This document shows, in pieces, positions 56,750 to 64,000 of a stretch of DNA of 64,000 nt (positions are counted from its first letter, which is position 1; each line of letters starts with the position of its first letter). The notes beneath the pieces were generated by a model. It was not told the origin of the DNA, did no database searches, and saw nothing but the letters and a program-made list of their open reading frames with translations. Source of the stretch: Oligoflexales bacterium (GTDB lineage: Bacteria; Bdellovibrionota_B; Oligoflexia; Oligoflexales; JAPPIL01); contig OZ244057.1 of NCBI GenBank assembly GCA_965215515.1, positions 2,082,472-2,146,471 of the forward strand, written 5' to 3'. Both the position numbers and the translations under genes were made by a program.

Positions 56750-57733
56750 TCAACGCTGCCTGCTCTCCTGCGTGCGTTTCGCGACATGCGCAGGCGGGGG
56801 AGGCTGTAGGTGCAGGGCGAATATATCCATCGTTTTTTCTCTGGTAAAGAGAATTTGCTGCCCTTTTCTTGTCCACACGGGCCAACGTTCACGGGCGGCA
56901 CGGGTGCTGGTGAGGACACGTTCTTGGCCGCGGTAGTCGCGCAGACGCAGATCGTAATCGACCAGCTTACGACCGACGAAGATTGCCTTGGCATAGACGA
57001 AGTGTTGCCCCTGCGGATGCCAGCTTGGGTCGCGGCCACGGGCGATAAAGCCCGCCTCTTCGCCTTCCTGCTGTAGGTACACTCTGCCACCTTGTGTGCT
57101 CCACAGGACTGCCTCGCCGCGCGGTGAGATGGCGAAGGAAGCGAGGCCTGTGTCGTCATCAGCCAGTTTGGTGTAGGAACGACCATCGCTAGCGACCAGC
57201 AGCATGCCTTTCTGAGTTGCCAACCACTTGCCGCCTTGTGTGCGTTGCCCGACTTGCCACTTTGCCAAACGGTTAGAGGGGTAGTATATTTTGCTGACCT
57301 TGATTCCTTTGTCGTGCATTATCTGGAAGGTCAAATCCCGCGGATCGAAAGTCGGCGGACCGCTGCTCGAAGGCAAGCTCGATAGCTGGTGTGACTTGCC
57401 CTGTGCTACATCAAACACTTTGATATAGCTGGTGATTTTGGGTTTTTTGTCTTTACGCAAGTGCAATTCGCGGTAGAACAGACGATGCCCCCCTGGTGCC
57501 CAGAAAAACGCTCCACCTACATAGTTGTTTGTTACCGTAAAAATAAATTTGTTTTGTAAATTTAAGACTTTGAGTTTGTTTTTGCCTGTTTCTTGGTAAG
57601 CCAGATAACGACCGTGTGGGTCGATTTGCAAATATTCCACCGCTGTTTGCAATCGTAGCCACAGTTGTGCTCGGGGTAGCACTGCGGCTAGCTGTGGCAG
57701 AACGACGAGAGCGATGACGAGCATGCGTGGCAT
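56750..57733 (-). CDS. TolB-like beta-propeller (PD40 repeat) exported protein
   Basis: Signal peptide; DPHGRYLAY, FWAPGG, ISPRG, PSWHPQG and PVWTRKG repeats. Confidence 0.7.
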   Translation of the reverse strand: MPRMLVIALVVLPQLAAVLPRAQLWLRLQTAVEYLQIDPHGRYLAYQETGKNKLKVLNLQNKFIFTVTNNYVGGAFFWAPGGHRLFYRELHLRKDKKPKITSYIKVFDVAQGKSHQLSSLPSSSGPPTFDPRDLTFQIMHDKGIKVSKIYYPSNRLAKWQVGQRTQGGKWLATQKGMLLVASDGRSYTKLADDDTGLASFAISPRGEAVLWSTQGGRVYLQQEGEEAGFIARGRDPSWHPQGQHFVYAKAIFVGRKLVDYDLRLRDYRGQERVLTSTRAARERWPVWTRKGQQILFTREKTMDIFALHLQPPPPAHVAKRTQESRQR

Positions 57734-57867
57734 AAATACTGCTATAATTGTAGTTAGAGACGACGTATCAGCTGGTCGGTACGTGCCGTAGGCAAAAATC
57801 TGCTCAAGGAAAACGCACCGTCCGCCGATGCTTATAGTATAACCCCCTAACTGCCAGGAAAGGAACT

Positions 57868-58167
57868 ATGAGTGTCTTTATCAAGCTAGCCATCACGGTG
57901 TCGCTCCTGTTCATTTTGCCGACCGAGCTGGTGGCGAAGAAGAAACGCCGTGTCGCCCCTGGCAGGGACAATCTCGTCATGGAAGCGGAGATCCGCAAGG
58001 ACAGGAAGAGCTATGACTTCGATTCGATGACCATCGATGGCCAACGCCGTGTGCCGCTCGGTAATCTAATCAACCAGAAACAGGCCAACAAGGAGTACGA
58101 GTTCGTCAAAATTCGACTGCGCTGGCGCAAGGAAATGATCCAGTCGGCCTCCAATCTCAACCTCTAG
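57868..58167 (+). CDS. Small exported CglF/GltF-like protein
   Basis: Signal peptide; YDFDSMTIDG..P.G.....VKIR..W..EM..SA.NL resembles the CglF pattern (recognised from memory, not searched). Confidence 0.5.
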   Translation: MSVFIKLAITVSLLFILPTELVAKKKRRVAPGRDNLVMEAEIRKDRKSYDFDSMTIDGQRRVPLGNLINQKQANKEYEFVKIRLRWRKEMIQSASNLNL

Positions 58168-58232
58168 GAGGGATCTACAACTCCCTCCCCCTCCCGAACC
58201 CACAACTTTCTGGAGTGACTCCCACGCAGGCC

Positions 58233-58269
58233 AGAAGAACTTGCTGGTCGGCGCGGAGCTGGTATAATG
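58233..58269 (+). promoter_or_regulatory. 37-bp dispersed repeat / promoter, copy 2
   Basis: TTGCTG, 16 nt, TATAAT with extended TG, about 40 nt upstream of ATG 58308. Confidence 0.65.
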
Positions 58270-58307
58270 ACTGGAGTGATGTTTATTATTAGCAAGGATA
58301 CCCGCTG

Positions 58308-59078
58308 ATGAGCACGGACAAAGAGCCCTCGTACATCGACAAAAAGTTGGCACAGTTCACCGCGCGTTTCGAGGCTGCCTTGGAGAAGGAACGCAAGGAG
58401 CGTATCGCGGCGCGCAAGGAATACGATGCCAAGCTGGAGAAGGAACGCAAGGAGCGTATCGCGGCGCGCAAGGAATACGATGCCAAGCTGGAGAAGGAAC
58501 GCAAGGAATACGATGCCCAGCGTGTCAAAGATCGGGAGGAGCACCGCCGCGTGGTAGCGGTAGAAACGGGCAAGTTGTACGACATGTGGGGCAAGCTAGC
58601 CGAGTTTGTCATCGAGTCGGGCATCGTTACCACCCTCAACCGCCATCACGATCTCCACGTCGACGATGCCTTACCTAGTGTCGGCGTGCGTTGTCAGGAT
58701 GAGGACGGCAAACCTGAAGACGGACAGATCGACATCATCGTTTCAGGGGAGCGGGACATAGTCATCGTCGAGACCAAGACAACGTTGACGGTGGGTGACG
58801 TTAAGTATTTTCTGGGCAAATATCTGCGCAGTTATACGCGTTGGCAGGCTTCGTCACCGCATATCAATCTGCCGAGCTGTGCGGGCATGCGTCTGTTCGG
58901 TTGTCTGGCTTACATGAAGGCAGAGCCGCGTGCCGAAGAAGTAGCCGTGCGGGAGGGTTTGCTTACCGTGCATGCTTTCGGCGACAGCAGCGATCTCGCT
59001 CACCCCGATACCGCCTTGATCGACTATCATCCCGACCGCTATCATCGCCGCGCACAACAGCACCCGAACAGCCGCTGA
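58308..59078 (+). CDS. Coiled-coil repeat + PD-(D/E)XK protein (DUF3782-like)
   Basis: TGKLYDMWGKLAE and GQIDII...VETKTTL; N-terminal 18-aa repeats. Confidence 0.75.
   Translation: MSTDKEPSYIDKKLAQFTARFEAALEKERKERIAARKEYDAKLEKERKERIAARKEYDAKLEKERKEYDAQRVKDREEHRRVVAVETGKLYDMWGKLAEFVIESGIVTTLNRHHDLHVDDALPSVGVRCQDEDGKPEDGQIDIIVSGERDIVIVETKTTLTVGDVKYFLGKYLRSYTRWQASSPHINLPSCAGMRLFGCLAYMKAEPRAEEVAVREGLLTVHAFGDSSDLAHPDTALIDYHPDRYHRRAQQHPNSR
58381..58517 (+). repeat. Intragenic 54-bp tandem repeat (18 aa)
   Basis: tggagaaggaacgcaaggagcgtatcgcggcgcgcaaggaatacgatgccaagc at 58381 and 58435; a shortened third copy at 58489. Confidence 0.95.
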
Positions 59079-59243
59079 AGTATCTCGCTTCTTTGTCATT
59101 TACATATCTCAGTAAAAGCAGAATTACTCAGTAAAATCAGGTATCTATAAAAAAATTTAAGCAAAAAAAAAACACCCGATGTCAGCACTGAAGGTTGTCG
59201 TTGATGTTTTGTAAATTCATGGCGAGGGGGGCAGCAGATATCG

Positions 59244-62200
59244 CTAGATCGGGATGCTTCTCGGCTGGAAGGATTCGTATACCTTGATGGAGAGCTTGTT
59301 GAGTTCGTTGAGCATGCTTGCTAGGTCTCCGCCTTTACCTAGCAAATTGTCTCTCAGATGCTCGTTGCCTGCGGAAAAAATCTTACGCCACTTACGGTTG
59401 TCAGCAACTTGCTCGACGGCATCTTTTCTTAGGCGAAATATGCGGAGCAAACGGCTGGGGGAGCGGGGGACGAAAGCACCTTCCACCGCTATTTCCTCTC
59501 CCGTGTCAGACGTAACCTTAACAGCTTTCTTTTTGAACTCAGCTATTTTCCCCAGCATCCGAGTGAAGTGCACTCGCAAGACACTCAGGCGTTCGCTGTT
59601 TTTATATTCGGCGATGAAGTCACTGGCATCGCTTAGATTTATCGTCCCCTTTGCATGTTCTGTTCTTTGTTCTTCTAGCCATTTTTTTACGGCTTTTCTG
59701 TCTATTTTTTTGCCAGGCGGTGGGTTCATTATTTCTGCTAGTTTTTCTTTTCGAGTCTTTTTATCTTTGCCCAGAAGCTGGGCTAGCAAATCTTTATCCT
59801 TCCATTGCAGGCCGAGTTTTTTACCCAACAACCTACGTTGCGATTTTGCGTTACGAGTAAAGAAGAAAAATCTTTTACGATATTTTCTGCCGTACACTAA
59901 GGTGGAAAAAAGATCGGCAACTTGGCCATTATTCATTTTTTCTACCATTTTTTTGTCAAGTAGCTGAGACATCGCTACTCTCTTAACTTCAGGTATACCT
60001 CGCGATCTAGGTAAAACAAATGGTATGCGGATGTCTGATATTGGTATTCTGATGTCGGTGAGCGGGAGAAAGCGGGTACGTATAACATCGTCGATGAACT
60101 CCATTTTGATCACTTTATCGAATGCACCCTTGACATTGTTATTCATCCAAAGGTTTTTCAGTGCCTTTTTGAATGTTTTTATATCGCCCGTATGCTTTGC
60201 TAAGTATTCCAAGACTTCTGTCAGGTCGTCAACGTTAGCTCCTTTAGCGGTCAGGATGGGCACTGAGTGGACAAATTTACGACAGTAGGGGGAGGAGCAG
60301 TATTTTAGCCTCTTGTAGACTTTGTGGTATTTCGTTACCACTTTCTCATTACCTAGAATTTTCGTTATAGCCTTTATCTGCCGTGCTGATTTGCCCCAAC
60401 GATAGGCAAATTTCACAAAGGCACCCGCATCGAATGCCGTCAGTGCCAGCTCAGCGTAAAGAGCTCGCCGTGCGGCATGGTATTCTCGGCGGGCACGATA
60501 ATACTCCTCGAAGTTCGCTCCGAAATTGTCGGCAAACAGCGAGCTCTCAGCTCGTTGTTGCACCACTCTACTATGCTGAAAATGGGCGGCACTAGCTAGC
60601 AAACCTGCCGCGGTAGCTACCCCATACAAGAGGCCAGGCAGAAAGGCAGGTAAAGCAGCACCTAGAGTGGGGATAGAAAGAACCACCGCGGCTATCGTTA
60701 GCGCGATAACTATGCCAGGCAGCCCCTGGGTGCGTAAAAAATGATCAGCACGAAAGCGGGTGTGTTTTTTGAAAACCGCGTTCATACGAAAAGCATAGTC
60801 AGGTCTTATCAGCAAGGCTTTAGCGAGAGGGACAATTTGATAGTATGCTGCAAACTCGGCAGTTAGTTTTACCTGCTGTTCAGCTTCAGGTGTGTGGCGA
60901 TGAATTTTCTGCGCCAGCTTGTGTAGTTCTTCCGCTTGCCGATAGATACCCTTCCACATCTCACGAATAGCGGGGTCGATAGTGTGATACTGTGCATAGG
61001 AATGCATTTTCCAATCGTATTGCAGTTGACCGTTGATCTTGGAGATATGTACGTCTTCGGGTTTTCTTTTCTCGCCCATCTGCTGCATGAAGGCTTTTGT
61101 CGCCATCAGCAAGCCATGTGGCTCGGCAAAGACGAGGTTGTAGCGGCGCGCATAACTTTGATAAGCGGCTTGGTATGCGGAACTGCTGTTTTCATAATCA
61201 ATCGTGTTGCCTAATATAGCAACGTATTTTTTCTTAAAATCTGCGTCAGCACCCTCCTGGGCATCAGGATAGACTTTATTGAGTGCATTGACATAGGTCA
61301 TCCATGCCTTGTACACCGCGTCGCGTGTAAAGGGCCGCAAATCCGCATGCTCTCTTTGTGCCTTAGCGGTCATCTCCAGTACCTGTGAGCCATCTATGCT
61401 GGAGCAATGATCGACACACGCAACCCTAATATCATCCGTACTGTCTATCCAGCTGTACAGCTTACGACTGCTTACCCACTGACGGGCGGTGGAGGCGATG
61501 GCTATGTGATAGAGAAGATGGTTGAAATGTTTTTGCGAGGTAGTGCTGAAAAAAATGTCTTTCTCCACCTGGTCATCCACCGTCCCCGCAGGGTTGTGGT
61601 GCAGCGCAGCGATATAATCAGCAGCACTGCGATAGTTGGTCAGGTTTTTTGTCATCGGCAACATGTCTCTTACATCTGCCATTTCCAACGAGGTAAGAAT
61701 AGCGGCGCGTAACTGTTCTGCTTTGTGCTTAGGCTGTTTTCCCATGTGCTCAAGAATCGTACGAATTGCCAACCATTTGCGTTGTGCTAATAGCAACACT
61801 TGCCAATCAGCATCGTGGTGGTCACGATTGCGGTTGTCATATAGATAGCGTTGCACTTTATCGGTGCTCTCAACGATAGTGCTAAGATCGACAGTACTGT
61901 TTTGTTGCAACAGTTCTTGCAACTCTAGCACCTTAGGAACAACGTCGTAGTTGAGATTGACGACGGTGGCCGCGGCTGAGAAAGCATCGCGATAGTCTGC
62001 GGAGGAAACAAAACTAGCGAGTGCTGAGATCGTTTCATGATACTGAGAGTCGAGGTCGGCAAACAGACTATCGGCACTGAGGGGGTCGTCGTAAAGTTCA
62101 TCGATGTAGTTGGCATTGGGTGCGGACAAACTTACCCGTGTGTAGTAAAAATAACGCCCCGCATAGGGGCCGTGGATCTCTCTAGCTTTACAAAAAGTTA

Positions 62201-62783
62201 CAGTGCGTGCTGCCCGTGCAGTCCAATTGGGTGTGCCGAGCGAGGGAGTACCGTTGTCATCAGCTTTAATCTCGACACTCTCCTGCCCCGCGGGGCAGGA
62301 GAAATGGGGAGGGAAAAAGCCGCGATGGAGATACACTTCCGTGGGTAGCGGGGCGATGTCGTCGCCTACAACCATGATTTTAAGGTAATAACCGTCGAAG
62401 TGGTAGGGATCTTGGGGCGAACGGGCTCTGGCTTTTTCTAGCGCAGCACTGCTTTTAAAGCCCTCGAAGGGGTGTTTGCCCGTAATGACATCCGCCGCGA
62501 AGCCTTTGAACTCACCTTCTGCAAGTTGCGCGACATCTTCGTCATAGAGCTCGAAAGGAAAAAAATCCCCCCCGACGACGGAAGGGTAGCGGTTCATAAA
62601 AATACCGACAACGACCGTCGCATTCCCGTCAGCGTCGTGTCGCAGGGAAGTCAGATGGCGCGCTCGCACGTCAGCCGCGGGCGGGGCAAGCAATCGTCCC
62701 GTCTCTCGCTCGTTTCTTTCGAAGGTACAGCTAGGAGGAGTTGCCAATGATATTGTGAGGATAAGCGCGATAAGTCTTGTCAT
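59244..62783 (-). CDS. Large hypothetical exported protein with hydrophobic hairpin and basic C-terminus
   Basis: About 1179 aa from MTRLIALILTISLA; a G/A-rich hydrophobic stretch; K/R-rich tail. Confidence 0.7.
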   Translation of the reverse strand: MTRLIALILTISLATPPSCTFERNERETGRLLAPPAADVRARHLTSLRHDADGNATVVVGIFMNRYPSVVGGDFFPFELYDEDVAQLAEGEFKGFAADVITGKHPFEGFKSSAALEKARARSPQDPYHFDGYYLKIMVVGDDIAPLPTEVYLHRGFFPPHFSCPAGQESVEIKADDNGTPSLGTPNWTARAARTVTFCKAREIHGPYAGRYFYYTRVSLSAPNANYIDELYDDPLSADSLFADLDSQYHETISALASFVSSADYRDAFSAAATVVNLNYDVVPKVLELQELLQQNSTVDLSTIVESTDKVQRYLYDNRNRDHHDADWQVLLLAQRKWLAIRTILEHMGKQPKHKAEQLRAAILTSLEMADVRDMLPMTKNLTNYRSAADYIAALHHNPAGTVDDQVEKDIFFSTTSQKHFNHLLYHIAIASTARQWVSSRKLYSWIDSTDDIRVACVDHCSSIDGSQVLEMTAKAQREHADLRPFTRDAVYKAWMTYVNALNKVYPDAQEGADADFKKKYVAILGNTIDYENSSSAYQAAYQSYARRYNLVFAEPHGLLMATKAFMQQMGEKRKPEDVHISKINGQLQYDWKMHSYAQYHTIDPAIREMWKGIYRQAEELHKLAQKIHRHTPEAEQQVKLTAEFAAYYQIVPLAKALLIRPDYAFRMNAVFKKHTRFRADHFLRTQGLPGIVIALTIAAVVLSIPTLGAALPAFLPGLLYGVATAAGLLASAAHFQHSRVVQQRAESSLFADNFGANFEEYYRARREYHAARRALYAELALTAFDAGAFVKFAYRWGKSARQIKAITKILGNEKVVTKYHKVYKRLKYCSSPYCRKFVHSVPILTAKGANVDDLTEVLEYLAKHTGDIKTFKKALKNLWMNNNVKGAFDKVIKMEFIDDVIRTRFLPLTDIRIPISDIRIPFVLPRSRGIPEVKRVAMSQLLDKKMVEKMNNGQVADLFSTLVYGRKYRKRFFFFTRNAKSQRRLLGKKLGLQWKDKDLLAQLLGKDKKTRKEKLAEIMNPPPGKKIDRKAVKKWLEEQRTEHAKGTINLSDASDFIAEYKNSERLSVLRVHFTRMLGKIAEFKKKAVKVTSDTGEEIAVEGAFVPRSPSRLLRIFRLRKDAVEQVADNRKWRKIFSAGNEHLRDNLLGKGGDLASMLNELNKLSIKVYESFQPRSIPI

Positions 62784-62882
62784 GCTGCAACCCCGTTCTC
62801 CTTGCTGGATAACACAACCGTCTGTGTATATTATATAATATTTAAAAACATTGTCAATATACAAATTTTAATAAAATGTCGC

Positions 62883-63560
62883 TCAGCGTCGCACTCGCCA
62901 GGTCTCAAGATCACGCAGGGTGAGGGTGTTGAGGTCAAGCATGTGGGCGAAGACTTGTGCCGTCACTTCTGCGTCGCCGATGGAACGGTGACGGGAGGAG
63001 AACGACAGTTTGTAGTGTGCTGCTAACGCGTCAAGTGTGCGTCGTTCCAAGTCAGGCAGTAGTTCTCGGGCCATTTTCAAAGTACAGTAGATGGGGCATT
63101 GGAAATCCCAATCATGTTTGGCACAGGCGGCTCGCAGGAAGGAAGCATCGAAGTCAGCATTGTGTGCAATCAACACCGCACCGCGGATGAACTGCAAGAA
63201 GCTGTCGATCACTGTGCCGAGCCGCGGCTGGCCTTGCAAATCCTCCGCCGTCAAGCCTGTGACACGGGTGGCGGCCCACGTCACACCGTTGTCAGGATTG
63301 ATGAGTTGGTTATATTGTGCACCCCGCTGATTGCCGCTATACCTGATCGCCCCGATCTCGACAATCTCATGCTTGGCTGCCTTCAATCCCGTGGTCTCAA
63401 AATCGAACACCACCCACGGCACTTCCGCCAAACGTCGGTTGAGATCGGGCCTGTAGTGCAAAGTCTGACGCAAACGTAAGTTTCCTGTCGGCGGTGTTTG
63501 TTTCACCTCAGGAGGAAAAAGCACCTCGTAAAACATGGAATGCTTGAGCTGGTCATTCAT
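62883..63560 (-). CDS. DEDDh 3'-5' exonuclease (DNA pol III epsilon-like)
   Basis: VVFDFETTG, AHNADFD and HRSIGDA. Confidence 0.92.
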   Translation of the reverse strand: MNDQLKHSMFYEVLFPPEVKQTPPTGNLRLRQTLHYRPDLNRRLAEVPWVVFDFETTGLKAAKHEIVEIGAIRYSGNQRGAQYNQLINPDNGVTWAATRVTGLTAEDLQGQPRLGTVIDSFLQFIRGAVLIAHNADFDASFLRAACAKHDWDFQCPIYCTLKMARELLPDLERRTLDALAAHYKLSFSSRHRSIGDAEVTAQVFAHMLDLNTLTLRDLETWRVRR

Positions 63561-63626
63561 ACCTGCCCTCCCTGCACATCAGGCGCGGACCAGGGTAGCA
63601 AATTATGGCAATGCTGTCGCTTGCTT

Positions 63627-64000
63627 TTAGCGTTTTTGTTCGGTACGACGTGCCACCACACGCTTACGCTTGCTTTCCTGAGTGAAGCCCATCACCACCC
63701 GCAGGCGTGGATTGCCGTCAGCATCCTTGAAGGTTTTTCTCTGAAAATTCTGCAGAATATAAAGGTCGCGGTAAGCTTTCAAGGTGCCCGCAGCGACTAG
63801 ACTGCCGATCTTCTCCTCCACCTTGCGATCTTTGCCCAATCGTTGAAAAATCGTCAACCGTGTTTTATACTGCCGTGCCTGTCGTGACCAAAACACGGGT
63901 TGGGTAACGAAATGCCAGTCACCGACATAGAAATGACTGGGGCGGTCGAGTGCGGCACGCAAGGTGAGTTTGCGTTCTTTGGTGCGGCGGTAGGTCGGCT
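63627..64000 (-). CDS. Hypothetical protein, 5'-truncated by window
   Basis: The frame stays open from the window end (PTYRRTKERKLTLRAALDRP...). Confidence 0.5.
   Translation of the reverse strand, partial: PTYRRTKERKLTLRAALDRPSHFYVGDWHFVTQPVFWSRQARQYKTRLTIFQRLGKDRKVEEKIGSLVAAGTLKAYRDLYILQNFQRKTFKDADGNPRLRVVMGFTQESKRKRVVARRTEQKR

Overview
A 64-kb bacterial chromosomal window, roughly 50% GC. The gene set (stand-alone EF-G, GldA/F/G-DUF4340 ABC cluster, CglF-like peptide, type IV pilin, two class A PBPs) suggests a Bdellovibrionota/Oligoflexia-like or other delta-proteobacterial-type organism; this is inference. The housekeeping backbone comprises tRNA-Leu(CAA), tatC, gltA, an O-methyltransferase, an RND+OMF efflux pair, murB, sucD, fusA, an acyl-CoA dehydrogenase, cpoB-like, ccmABCDE+G and a DEDDh exonuclease. 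It is interrupted by many small selfish or accessory modules. (1) A palindromic element with identical 39-bp tandem units sits directly behind the acrB stop codon and also, in frame as exactly 234 bp, inside a flavoprotein oxidoreductase. (2) There are four Rpn-family PD-(D/E)XK nuclease genes, each with an apparent intragenic start. One is flanked by a 71-bp duplication of the neighbouring gene end. The other three form a near-identical tandem array with variable GIEQ repeats, a junction-only hairpin and 24-bp flanking direct repeats. (3) Five coiled-coil + PD-(D/E)XK (DUF3782-like) genes occur, three of them as a cassette-like tandem with a conserved palindromic spacer. (4) A collapsed inverted duplicate of the 9.8-17.8 kb segment is fused to a Type ISP R-M remnant. 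Other oddities are a class A PBP with a dead transpeptidase, an HTH/ImmA-like regulator lacking HExxH with an operator-like palindrome over its -35, and an unknown lipoprotein family with conserved ends and a variable core. No CRISPR array, integrase or rRNA was seen. All family assignments are from motif recognition by eye, not database searches.
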